Source: an uncultured Candidatus Poseidoniales archaeon | GTDB taxonomy: Archaea; Thermoplasmatota; Poseidoniia; Poseidoniales; Thalassarchaeaceae | NCBI GenBank assembly: GCA_902511005.1 | Contig: CABXDN010000004.1 | Location: forward strand, 28,404 to 92,403 | DNA: 64,000 nt | Reading direction: 5' to 3' | Shown here: one piece after another, positions 9,305 to 18,694 of the stretch | Position numbering within the stretch: the first letter of the stretch is position 1 | Layout: every line of letters begins with the position of its first letter | Position numbers and translations under genes: made by a program | The notes under the pieces: model-generated | Told to the model about the DNA's origin: nothing | Database searches by the model: none | Seen by the model: the letters and a program-made list of their open reading frames with translations, nothing else

Positions 9305-10423
9305 ATGCCATTACGATTAGGTCCGGCAGGTGTGCCATTATCATGTAAAGGAAGGACTATTGTCGAGGGAATGGACGATATTACAGTCCTTGGATTAGAT
9401 GCAATGGAGATACAGACTGTACGTACAGTTCAACCAAAACATTTTGATCAATACTGGCAAGCAGGTATACTTTCATGGGACTCTGATATTGAGATGAATA
9501 TGCATGGTCCATATTATGCGGAACTTCTTGGTAATCGTCGTGAACGTAATCGAAGTCTATTGAAAATGGAATCGAGTATGCAAGCAGGAAAAATCTTGAA
9601 TGCTCGTCATTTGACATATCATGTAGGCCCATATGGAGATTATGAACCAGGTACAAGTGCTAATGAGCAAGTAGCTAATGTATTTTCAGGAGTTGTTGAC
9701 AGAGTAAGGTCAATTTGGGGAGTTGCTAAAGAAGAGTTAGACTACGCTGCATTCCCATGGATACATGAATCTGAACCTTCTCTCGTAGGAATTGAAACCT
9801 CTGGCCGTCAAGAATTATGGGGCACTATAGAAGAAGTTCTTGAAGTTTGTAATCACGTTGAAGGAACAGTCCCAGTAATCAATATGGCACATATTCATGC
9901 ACGAGGTCACGGGAAGATGAAGACAAGTGAAGACTATGCTGAATTATTCGATTTAGTCAGAGAAAGTTATGGTGGAAAGAAATTCTACTGTCATTTCGCT
10001 GGCGTGGAACATAGAATGGGTAATGCATTACACTACACTCAAATTAAAAAGTCTGATCTTAAATTTGAGCCTTTTGCAGAATATCTAGCGGAAGAAGGTG
10101 AATGGTTGGATATAACGATAATTTCGGATTCGCCTTTACTTGAACACGATGCTATGTATATGTTGCAGCATTATGACAAAGCGAGACAGAGGTTATTGGA
10201 GATTCGAGCGCGTGATGAACGTCAAGTGAAATTAGCTCGACAAGCAGGCATGTCAGATGATGAATTAGCAGAATTTGAAAGACAAGCTGCTGAGGAGAAA
10301 TCTAAAGCAGCAGAGAAAGAATCTGAATCAAAAGAGCCCGCTAAGAAAATAGCACCTAAGAAAGCAGACACTAGTTCTATGATTTCTTTCGAAGATGCCG
10401 ATGATGATGACGATATTTTCTGA
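9305..10423 (+). CDS. Endonuclease IV-like TIM-barrel protein (archaeal Nfo type) with charged C-terminal tail
   Basis: LGPAGVP, LGLDAMEIQ, MHGPYY, GIETSGRQELWGT, AHIHARG, HFAGVE and IISDSPLLEHDA. Confidence 0.85.
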   Translation: MPLRLGPAGVPLSCKGRTIVEGMDDITVLGLDAMEIQTVRTVQPKHFDQYWQAGILSWDSDIEMNMHGPYYAELLGNRRERNRSLLKMESSMQAGKILNARHLTYHVGPYGDYEPGTSANEQVANVFSGVVDRVRSIWGVAKEELDYAAFPWIHESEPSLVGIETSGRQELWGTIEEVLEVCNHVEGTVPVINMAHIHARGHGKMKTSEDYAELFDLVRESYGGKKFYCHFAGVEHRMGNALHYTQIKKSDLKFEPFAEYLAEEGEWLDITIISDSPLLEHDAMYMLQHYDKARQRLLEIRARDERQVKLARQAGMSDDELAEFERQAAEEKSKAAEKESESKEPAKKIAPKKADTSSMISFEDADDDDDIF

Positions 10424-10432
10424 AGTATCAAA

Positions 10433-10999
10433 TTATTCAATATGACTTCTTACTAATGCCGAACATGGCATTTTTGGTGGGTCGCTAAATCCAAAATTAG
10501 CTTTAGGGTGAAATTTTTTATATTCTCCTAAATCATTTTTCTTGAATTCTGCCTTCGCGAAAGTCAATTTCGATAACCTGTCTACTGCATACCACTCCTT
10601 TTTCCCATTTTTTGTTTTACCATATGTTTTTGTTCCAAAAATAAGCCATCCAAAGAAATATTCGATACTTGCAACAAACCATAAAGGCCTTTTCTTAGTC
10701 AAGAATGAAAATCCTCTACTCCATTCAAAATGGCAATTCAGATCTTTAGTTTCAACTTTCATCATATTTCCGCTATCTTCTACCTTTAAATCTTCAATTT
10801 GAATGATATCAAATTCATAAAGAGAGGAAATATAATTTGCAATTTCCTCATTAGGGGCAATGAGGACTTTTGACCCATCTGATTTTGCCCACATTATATC
10901 TGAGAAACTACCAAAGGGGGTATTCCTCCAAGTACCAACAACTATTCTATCTCCTGATGAGAAACCACACGATGTGATGCGCCCTTCAAAAATATCCAT
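10433..10999 (-). CDS. Hypothetical protein
   Basis: 188-aa ORF with protein-like composition (SGDRIVVGTW-TPFG-FSDIMW-VLIAP); function unknown. Confidence 0.65.
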   Translation of the reverse strand: MDIFEGRITSCGFSSGDRIVVGTWRNTPFGSFSDIMWAKSDGSKVLIAPNEEIANYISSLYEFDIIQIEDLKVEDSGNMMKVETKDLNCHFEWSRGFSFLTKKRPLWFVASIEYFFGWLIFGTKTYGKTKNGKKEWYAVDRLSKLTFAKAEFKKNDLGEYKKFHPKANFGFSDPPKMPCSALVRSHIE

Positions 11000-11064
11000 G
11001 CTCTTTCGTAGAAACTTTAGTTAATGAAATACTGTATAACACTACACGTCATTTAGTAGGTTGC

Positions 11065-11140
11065 TGGTGGGACTGGCCGGACTTGAACCGGCGGCCTCCG
11101 CATCTTCAGTGCGGCGCTCTCCCAGCTGAGCTACAGTCCC
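11065..11140 (-). tRNA. tRNA-Phe (GAA), CCA encoded
   Basis: Reverse complement GGGACTGTAGCTCAGCTGGGAGAGCGCCGCACTGAAGATGCGGAGGCCGCCGGTTCAAGTCCGGCCAGTCCCACCA folds as a cloverleaf, with anticodon stem CCGCA/TGCGG around GAA. Confidence 0.97.
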
Positions 11141-11187
11141 TTTAGCGTGCATGGCACCGCGCTTTGCTCTTCAATTGTTCCGAGAAC

Positions 11188-12048
11188 TCAATTTGCTTCT
11201 GAAAGTACTTTCGTCTGCATTTCATGGAGTGCTGAATTACCTTTTTCGGCCATATCGAGCAATGCGTTGAGTTGTTTGCGGGTGTATGTTGATTCTTCGC
11301 CCGTGCCTTGAACTTCCACAAACTCTCCGTTACTTGTCATAACAACATTCATGTCAACATCCGCATTGCTATCTAAGATATAGTCTAAATCAAGATATAT
11401 GTCATCGCCCAATAATCCTACACTAATTGCCGCTACATTATTGCTAATCACTCTATTTTCATGTACAGTTTTCTGCTCATCAGTTAGGTGGGGTGCTTTC
11501 CAACCATTTTTCAGATCTTCTCTACTTGGTCTCATGTCTTTAGGCAAACATTCACCACTAGAAATCAGTCTGCGAACAGCTAATCTTAGAGCGATACATG
11601 CTGCTGTTATTGATGCACATCTGGTTCCCCCGTCTGCATTTAGAACATCGCAATCTACTGTCAAAGCCAGAGGTCCAAGTTGCTCTAAATCAATCGCTCC
11701 TCGTAATGAACGAGCAACCAATCTTTCAATTTCTTGCGTTCTCCCTTTCGCTCCACTTCTTTCTCTACGGAATCTACTATCTGTAGAACCAGGTAACAAT
11801 GAGTATTCTGCATGAACCCAGCCTCTATTCGAATCTCGGGGAAACCATCTTGGCAAACCATCAGCCTTAGTTACACATGCCAAAATAACTGTATTCCCTT
11901 GACGGTATAATATAGATGCTAACGCATTAGGTGTGAAATCTAGAGTAACCTCAATTTCTCTTAATTCATCATGTTCTCTTTCTGTTTCGAAATCGCCACT
12001 CTTCATCTTAGCCATAGATGTCGGGCTGACCTCCCTCTCATGAATCAT
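11188..12048 (-). CDS. rph: Ribonuclease PH (bacterial type)
   Basis: GWVHAEYSLLP, GRTQEIERLVARSLRGAIDL, DCDVLNADGGTRCASIT, DLDY-DSNADVDMNVVM and EVQGTGE. Confidence 0.92.
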   Translation of the reverse strand: MIHEREVSPTSMAKMKSGDFETEREHDELREIEVTLDFTPNALASILYRQGNTVILACVTKADGLPRWFPRDSNRGWVHAEYSLLPGSTDSRFRRERSGAKGRTQEIERLVARSLRGAIDLEQLGPLALTVDCDVLNADGGTRCASITAACIALRLAVRRLISSGECLPKDMRPSREDLKNGWKAPHLTDEQKTVHENRVISNNVAAISVGLLGDDIYLDLDYILDSNADVDMNVVMTSNGEFVEVQGTGEESTYTRKQLNALLDMAEKGNSALHEMQTKVLSEAN

Positions 12049-12596
12049 TCTCTTCTGGCATGAGCAGGTCTGAATGAATTTACTACCTCTGAATGTGTCG
12101 TAATATAGGGCCCACCTATCAAATCAACACAATATGGTACGGCTGAAAAAATTTCATCTAAGATTTCTCTAATCGACCTAGGTGAACCTGGTAAATTAAT
12201 TATTAGACATTCACCCCTTATTCCTGCTATTTGCCTAGATAGTATGGCAGTAGGGACATATTTTAAGGAGATATTCCTCATTTGTTCACCGAATCCAGGA
12301 AGTATCCTATCACATACTGCTTCGGTAGCTTCAGGGGAAACATCTCTTGGTGCAGGGCCGGTGCCTCCCGTAGTGAGAATTACTGAACAGTTCTTATTAT
12401 CTACTAAATCACATAATTCATTTTCTATTCGTATTTTTTCATCAGGTACAATTACCCTAACTGTTTCCCAAAGTGATGATATCGCATCTTCCAAGAACCC
12501 CTCGATTGCAGGCCCACTAAGGTCTTCATAATCGCCGGAACTTGCTCTATCCGATGCTGTTAAAATTCCAAATCTGCACAAACCATCGCCTTCCAT
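12045..12596 (-). CDS. mog: Molybdopterin adenylyltransferase
   Basis: SDRAS-G-YEDLSGP, TTGGTGPAPRDVSPEAT, PGFGEQMR, AILSRQ, NLPGSP and AVPYCVDLIGGPY. Confidence 0.93.
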   Translation of the reverse strand: MEGDGLCRFGILTASDRASSGDYEDLSGPAIEGFLEDAISSLWETVRVIVPDEKIRIENELCDLVDNKNCSVILTTGGTGPAPRDVSPEATEAVCDRILPGFGEQMRNISLKYVPTAILSRQIAGIRGECLIINLPGSPRSIREILDEIFSAVPYCVDLIGGPYITTHSEVVNSFRPAHARRE

Positions 12597-12837
12597 CGGC
12601 CTTCTATAAACAGCAATGAATCAAAACGCCATCGGTCCGAATCTTTGACAAACTGATGGACATGTTCAAAGACCTCCATGCTAGCAAAGGTCTCCCGGAG
12701 GTTTGCAAGTGTTGAGTCTACCCAAACATACACGCCGTTGCTATACCCCATTTTTCCATCAAGAATCTTTCTTGTTGGCATTTGCATCGGTAGTTAAAGT
12801 AGTCTCGCCATTACAATCCTGATGTAGGTGTAGTATT

Positions 12838-14529
12838 ATGACAGATTATGAGAAATATGCAACGCAAGTTGCTTTGGTCAAAGAAGAATGTAAAGATGCA
12901 GATAATAATGAAATCGCAGAAGAATTTAGGAGATATGAAGAAGAATTCTTGATAGAACCTAATGATGCAGTAAGGTCTGTAATTCTTAAATTTATGAAGG
13001 CATCAGGCCAGGAAATCAAATCAATATCTAATGCTCAAACACGTGTTGAGAAAAAGGTGGATAGATTTTCAGATTTAGGTTCAGAAGATAAGAATGTAAC
13101 TATTGAAGTTGCAGTTGTAACATATGTTCCTCGTGTCCAAATGGTTCGTGGTGAGGAAAAACAAATCGCTTTTGGATGGATCGAGGATAATCCTTGGGAA
13201 TCCAATGATAAAAGAGAGAGATGGGACTTCAAAGATTGGGGGTCACATTCAGAAAATCTTGCACCCAACTCCGTCGTTAGACTCGAGGGAGTATCTGTGA
13301 ATGAATGGAATGACAAACGTTCGATTAATATTAATCGTTCGAGTAGAGTTACTGTTCTTCGCGAAGGGGGTCCATCAGTACCTCCTGTGAGTGATGAACC
13401 GGTAACAATAGAAAAGGCATCCGAAAATGAAGGCTATGTCACACTTTTAGCGAGAATAATATCGCTTAAACCCGACGTTATAGTAAAAAGAGATGGTAGC
13501 GGTAGTTTAGATATATTTAGAGGAACTTTTGCAGATTCGTCGGGTAAAATAAGCTTTCTTTCATGGGTTCCTGTTAATCATGAAATTGGAGATTTAGTGA
13601 AAATCGAAGGTGCGATGATTCGAAAATTTAGAGAGACTCCCGAAGTTAATATCAATGACAGAACTAAAATAGAAAAATATCATGATAATAATTTCGCTAG
13701 TACAGAAGAATTATCTGAAGTTACAACCTCAAAGATTGGTGATTTAAGGAACGGTATGAAAGATGTAATTACTACAGTCCAAGTAGAATCTTGGCAGTCT
13801 CGTACATTTACTAATTCAGATGGTGAAGAGAAGATAGTTAGGAGTGGAGACATCATGGATCCTACTGGCAGATGCCGCCTTACCGCTTGGTGTGAAATAG
13901 ACCCTAAGCCAGGGGACTTTCTTCACTTAACTGGTGCTCGAGTTCAATTTTGGCAAGGTTCTCCTGATCTTGTTGTTGATAATTCAGATCAGGTATCTAA
14001 CCTTACAGATGCACCATGGGAATCTATTGATCCTGAGCAACATTGGGTAGATATCGAACTTTCTAAACTTGTCACAAGTGGTTCTAGAAGGGGAATTAAG
14101 ACACGAGGCACGATTGTCGCGATTAGGTCTGATTCTGGCATAATACAAAGATGCCCAGAGTGTCGCAGGATTCTTCGAGAAAGTGCTTGTTTGGAGCATG
14201 GTCCGCAGCAGGGGGTAGAAGATTTAAGGTTAAAATTTGTAGTGGATAATGGTATCCATAATGCCTCATTAATATTAGGTAAGGAGCCTTCTGAAAAATT
14301 ATTAGGGAAAAGCCAAGAGGAGATTAAAGAAAGTATCTCTAAAAGTAGCCAAGGAGATTTTCTTACCGAAGTAAGGAATAATTATCTAGCTAGAAAGGTT
14401 ACAATTCATGGCCGCTCATTAGTAGATGCACAAGGTGCTATGATATTAGCTGAAGGAGTTATTTTTGATGATACATCAAATGAAAACGCAGCCAATTTAG
14501 TTATGGAAGAATGGGGGGTGCTTCTATGA
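12838..14529 (+). CDS. Replication protein A (multi-OB-fold ssDNA-binding protein with Zn finger)
   Basis: Repeated OB-fold motifs (ADSSGKISFLSW, MDPTGRCRLTAW) and a C-terminal RCPECRR...CLEHG...DLRLKFVVDNG zinc finger typical of euryarchaeal RPA. Confidence 0.9.
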   Translation: MTDYEKYATQVALVKEECKDADNNEIAEEFRRYEEEFLIEPNDAVRSVILKFMKASGQEIKSISNAQTRVEKKVDRFSDLGSEDKNVTIEVAVVTYVPRVQMVRGEEKQIAFGWIEDNPWESNDKRERWDFKDWGSHSENLAPNSVVRLEGVSVNEWNDKRSININRSSRVTVLREGGPSVPPVSDEPVTIEKASENEGYVTLLARIISLKPDVIVKRDGSGSLDIFRGTFADSSGKISFLSWVPVNHEIGDLVKIEGAMIRKFRETPEVNINDRTKIEKYHDNNFASTEELSEVTTSKIGDLRNGMKDVITTVQVESWQSRTFTNSDGEEKIVRSGDIMDPTGRCRLTAWCEIDPKPGDFLHLTGARVQFWQGSPDLVVDNSDQVSNLTDAPWESIDPEQHWVDIELSKLVTSGSRRGIKTRGTIVAIRSDSGIIQRCPECRRILRESACLEHGPQQGVEDLRLKFVVDNGIHNASLILGKEPSEKLLGKSQEEIKESISKSSQGDFLTEVRNNYLARKVTIHGRSLVDAQGAMILAEGVIFDDTSNENAANLVMEEWGVLL

Positions 14530-15488
14530 TTAATCAAATTAGAGTAGGTAGGCAGAGTGCAATAAGAATTTTTGCTCAAGAATATTCTGATTCAAATCTT
14601 CCTTTGGAAGGAGTAGGAGAATACGCCCCCTCATTCATTATTACTAAATTAGGTGCAAAAGTTAATCGCGCACTTTTCGGAGGCGTAATTGATAGATTTG
14701 AAAGAAGAGATGGTGACAATGGCCCTTCTTATTCCGGTCAATTAAGAGATGCCACAGGTGGAGTTCACCGTTTCCAAATAGCTCCCTTTCAACCAGAATT
14801 ACATGCTGATGCTGAAGAACTTCTTGCACGATTTGAGTCGGGTGACCGATTTCTTATGATGATGGTAGGTCGTGCACGATGGTTTGAAAGTGATGATGGA
14901 GGGATTTTCACATCTTTCCGCGCAGAAGAATTTTGTATAGTTGAGAGAGAAGTTTATGTTAATTGGTTAGTTGAAACTTCTGAAGCAACATTGAGAAGAT
15001 TATCTGCATACTCGGCATCATTAGGTTCGGATAATAACTCAGAAGCCCTAGAGGCTTCAGGAGTTCCTTCCGACTTAATTGAAGGAATGATTCTAGCCAA
15101 AGACCACTACGGCGCTTTTGATCCAGAAAGCTACAGAGTAGGTGTATTACAGGGTCTCTCAATGGCTCTGAATTCTAATGGAGAAATTGAAACTATGATG
15201 GCATCCTCTGAGAGTACACGATCAGATAGTGATTTAGACAATCCCACATCGAGTGTCTCAGTAGCAGAAAAACCTAAGTTGGAACCTCAAGGTGATGTTG
15301 AAGATTTAATTCTAAATGTAGTAAGAAATTCATCAGATGTTAATGGTATACCATATGACTCGATTGTCCTTGCTTGTACAGAAGCAGGATTCTCGAGGGA
15401 ATCCTCTGAAGATGCAATCGAAGACTTAAGGGATATAAAGTGTCAAATTATTGAACCTAGGTTTGGATTTTTCCAAATTCTTGACTAG
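14526..15488 (+). CDS. RPA-associated OB-fold protein (RPA32/RPAP-like)
   Basis: RQSAIRIFAQEY, YAPSFIITKLGAKVNR, LRDATG and a C-terminal wHTH-like segment (IEDLRD...IIEPRFG). ATGA overlap with the RPA stop. Confidence 0.85.
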   Translation: MINQIRVGRQSAIRIFAQEYSDSNLPLEGVGEYAPSFIITKLGAKVNRALFGGVIDRFERRDGDNGPSYSGQLRDATGGVHRFQIAPFQPELHADAEELLARFESGDRFLMMMVGRARWFESDDGGIFTSFRAEEFCIVEREVYVNWLVETSEATLRRLSAYSASLGSDNNSEALEASGVPSDLIEGMILAKDHYGAFDPESYRVGVLQGLSMALNSNGEIETMMASSESTRSDSDLDNPTSSVSVAEKPKLEPQGDVEDLILNVVRNSSDVNGIPYDSIVLACTEAGFSRESSEDAIEDLRDIKCQIIEPRFGFFQILD

Positions 15489-16450
15489 TTATTTTTTCTT
15501 TCTGCGAGTAAATTATCTATTTTTGATAACTTGTCTCTTACTCTATCTATTGCCCCCGAATCACTTAGGTCAATTTCTGTTGATGAGTTCATTTTCGCAC
15601 CTTTAATTTCTGCAATATTAGTCGCTACCAATACTAATTTATCTCTTACTTTATCATTAGATAATGGCCATCCTCTCCTCGTTGCGAGCCTGAGGAGTAA
15701 ATCGCTCTCCTTTTCCCCCCAAAAACCTTCATGACTTCTAATAATTGTACTTATCATCCGATCCAAATCTTCAATTCTTGCTTGTATGGTTAAGATATCT
15801 CCTTGAGTTGTAAAGTCAGAATTCTCAAAGCCTATCAGTAGCGAATCATGTGCATCTTCTAGTGCTGCACTAGATGCAATATTTATCTCAACTTCTTGTT
15901 TTTGATCTAAATGTGGAAGTTCAACTGATTTTATTCGTTCATTTAATTCCGAAGTTCCATTTGGATTGTTAGCAATATTTAAAATTCCATTTCTCCTTAA
16001 ACTTCTTTTTATCCTTCCCCATGCGTTAAATTGGCTTGTTAATACTCCTGCAACTCTTCCCATTAATATGGTTCTATTTCCGGTTAGTGGCAGTTCTAGG
16101 TGTTGGCACATAACGTGCAATTTTTCTCTATCTAGTTCAGCTAATCTTTCAATTGTCATTCGTCTTGAATCAAAATTCAGATGTAACCATAATCTCTGTC
16201 TTCTTTCTTTATGGGAACCTGATGATTTAATCCCAAATATTTTCAAAACTTCGCCAATTTCTTTATGAGGCATCGACTGAATTCCGTCCCAAGATAAATC
16301 TAGATTATCAAGGATTTGATATTGAATTAATCTTGCTCTAAGTACTTCTACAGAGCCGGATTTACTAAGTTCAAAACCTTCTGCTTTTTGTCTCAGTGAC
16401 ATCAGACGAGATCGGTATAGGTCATCTAGTAATACTTCGTCAACCTGCAA
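15485..16450 (-). CDS. Protein with three SAP-like domains
   Basis: Three repeats of L..L....L...G.+..L..RL: LRQKAEGFELSKSGSVEVLRARL, IGEVLKIFGIKSSGSHKERRQRL and LHVMCQHLELPLTGNRTILMGRV. Confidence 0.7.
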   Translation of the reverse strand: MQVDEVLLDDLYRSRLMSLRQKAEGFELSKSGSVEVLRARLIQYQILDNLDLSWDGIQSMPHKEIGEVLKIFGIKSSGSHKERRQRLWLHLNFDSRRMTIERLAELDREKLHVMCQHLELPLTGNRTILMGRVAGVLTSQFNAWGRIKRSLRRNGILNIANNPNGTSELNERIKSVELPHLDQKQEVEINIASSAALEDAHDSLLIGFENSDFTTQGDILTIQARIEDLDRMISTIIRSHEGFWGEKESDLLLRLATRRGWPLSNDKVRDKLVLVATNIAEIKGAKMNSSTEIDLSDSGAIDRVRDKLSKIDNLLAERKNN

Positions 16451-16553
16451 AACCTATCTCCTCTGTGTGGCCGAGAATTATCCTGCATGATATTAATTGC
16501 GTATGAATTAATGATTCAGTATGTATTTTGGCAGTTAAATCTGAAAGCCGGAA

Positions 16554-17585
16554 TCAATTATTAAAAAAATCGATACCCGCAATCTTTGAACTCTCAATCA
16601 CTCTTCTCCAATCTTTTTCAGTCGCAATCATTGCTACTTCATAACCAGAATATGGAATTACTCTATCTACCGCGATTGTTCTTTTCCCGTCATTCGAAAT
16701 TGTTTCAATTCTAAATTCAACTAGTACTTCATTTGTGTTTGCTTCCCCTTCTAAATCATGAAATGCCTGTTCCATAGTCAAGTCTCTATGTTCTTCGGCC
16801 TGTTTCATGAGAGTACTCATTTTCCGATGTCTAGTAAGGATACCTATACCGTTTAATTGATTTTCATCCATCCTCCCGATGAAATGATTTTGAATTTTCC
16901 AAACTGTTTCACCTTCAATTTCTGAAAATAATTTAGAATTTTTATTGGGATAATTCTTCCTCCCTACTAATACCACTAAATCTGAATATGCAGTTGGTAA
17001 AAAATGGTTGTCTCCTCTATTTTGAGGGTCAGGTAGTAAGGTATGTCTTCTTTCACTGATGTTTAATGTAGAATAAATAACTCTTGGAATTATATAGCCA
17101 TCTATTTCTTTATTTTGACGTAGTTTTTCCATCCAAGCATACCTTTCTAATTCATTTCCTAGCGATTCGTTTCTCTTTTCAATTTCTATAAATGCGACTG
17201 GAGATAAAACTCTCATTCCTCTACGTGATCTTCTTAACTGTCTCCTAATCAACTTTGATTCGCACAAGATTATAGCAGATTTTGGCTGATATTGGATTTT
17301 ATTTTCTGAAACTAATACCATATTCGGTGTTCTAGGAGTTCTTGCTCCATGTACCTGGCAATTTGCTTCATACATTTCCACTTGTTTACCATGTAGAAGT
17401 TTCGCAGGCATCGCAAGTAAGTCTAAGTCGCCATTCTGAAGGCTCTCTAATGCTTGGGTAAAAGATTCTTGTTCTTCATTTTCTATTTGAGTATCAGGCG
17501 CCTCATTAGATTCAAAAAATTTCTCCATATATTGGTCAACTGGGCATGATGATATAGAGAGGGTTCCAAATTGTATTCTTTCCAT
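16554..17585 (-). CDS. Degenerate hydroxymethylbilane synthase (HemC)-like protein
   Basis: Collinear HemC-like segments: LQNGDLDLLAMPAK, PKSAIILCESKLIRRQLRRSR, EIDGYII and FLPTAYSDLVVLVGR. Catalytic residues are missing. ATG 17585 is preceded by GAGGTG. Confidence 0.65.
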   Translation of the reverse strand: MERIQFGTLSISSCPVDQYMEKFFESNEAPDTQIENEEQESFTQALESLQNGDLDLLAMPAKLLHGKQVEMYEANCQVHGARTPRTPNMVLVSENKIQYQPKSAIILCESKLIRRQLRRSRRGMRVLSPVAFIEIEKRNESLGNELERYAWMEKLRQNKEIDGYIIPRVIYSTLNISERRHTLLPDPQNRGDNHFLPTAYSDLVVLVGRKNYPNKNSKLFSEIEGETVWKIQNHFIGRMDENQLNGIGILTRHRKMSTLMKQAEEHRDLTMEQAFHDLEGEANTNEVLVEFRIETISNDGKRTIAVDRVIPYSGYEVAMIATEKDWRRVIESSKIAGIDFFNN

Positions 17586-17686
17586 ATTCGCGTCCACCTC
17601 ATGGGAGGGAGCACGTACCGTACTCAAACTAACCGGCTAGACACTTATTGATATAGGCGACCCCTTCTAACGTGCATTGAATTACC

Positions 17687-18667
17687 ATGGTCTCCCTCCG
17701 TTCGGCTCAGCAACAACTTCGAAAAAGAAGAAATATTGTTGAAGAAGCCTTGGAAGATTTTGTGCAAGAAAAGATGGCCAGTACTCAGGCACCTGCTATG
17801 ACTTTAGCTCGTGAAGTATTGCTCGCAGGAGGGAAGAGATACCGTCCAGTTCTTACGATGTTAGCCTTTGAATCAGCAGGTGGTGAAGATGTATCTGAAG
17901 TTATGGACCTCGCTCTTGCCGCGGAATTAATTCATACTGCAACTTTAGTGCATGATGATATCTATGACTTTTCTAAGACTAGAAGGGGTAAACCTACTCT
18001 GCACGCATCCCATGGCCTAGCACACGGAATAATTGGAGGCGACTATTTATTTGTTCTCGGATTTGGTTTAGGTGGGAAATATGAGGCTAAAATTGTAGAA
18101 AAAATGGCAGAGACCTGCGCTAACATAGCTTCTGGTGAGTTGTTACAGCATGAACATATAGGGAATCTAGCGACAACACCTGAAAATTATTATTCAATTA
18201 TTGATGGAAAAACAGCTGGGCCTTTTGCTACCGCATGTGCTTGTGCTGCAATTGTTGCTGGTGCTTCAGATGAGGTAGTTTATTCTCTTGAAGAATTTGG
18301 TTGGGAAGTAGGCAGAGCATTCCAACTAGTAGATGACTTACTAGATTTGACTGGTGATGAAAATATGGGTAAACCTAGGGGTGGCGATGTACACGAAGGT
18401 AAAATGACTCTTCCAATCATTCATGCATTAACTATGCTGCATGGAATCGAACGTGAACAATTAGCAGATGTGTTACAAAATTTCTCAGATGATCGTTGGA
18501 ATGAATTAGTATCGCTACTTTCAACCGCAGGTTCTTTTGAATATTCGGAACAATTAATTGAAAATCATGTAAATAGAGCTCTACTTCAATTGGAATCCTT
18601 GCCTCAAAGCATTGCAAGAAACTTAATGGAAGAAGTTGCTAAAAGGTCCCGTTCAAGGAAGAAATAA
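17687..18667 (+). CDS. Polyprenyl (geranylgeranyl) diphosphate synthase
   Basis: GGKRYRP, ELIHTATLVHDDIYD...RRG, GKTA and FQLVDDLLD (FARM/SARM). Confidence 0.93.
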   Translation: MVSLRSAQQQLRKRRNIVEEALEDFVQEKMASTQAPAMTLAREVLLAGGKRYRPVLTMLAFESAGGEDVSEVMDLALAAELIHTATLVHDDIYDFSKTRRGKPTLHASHGLAHGIIGGDYLFVLGFGLGGKYEAKIVEKMAETCANIASGELLQHEHIGNLATTPENYYSIIDGKTAGPFATACACAAIVAGASDEVVYSLEEFGWEVGRAFQLVDDLLDLTGDENMGKPRGGDVHEGKMTLPIIHALTMLHGIEREQLADVLQNFSDDRWNELVSLLSTAGSFEYSEQLIENHVNRALLQLESLPQSIARNLMEEVAKRSRSRKK

Positions 18668-18694
18668 AATTTAATCAGTACTCTTGGTGAAGAT

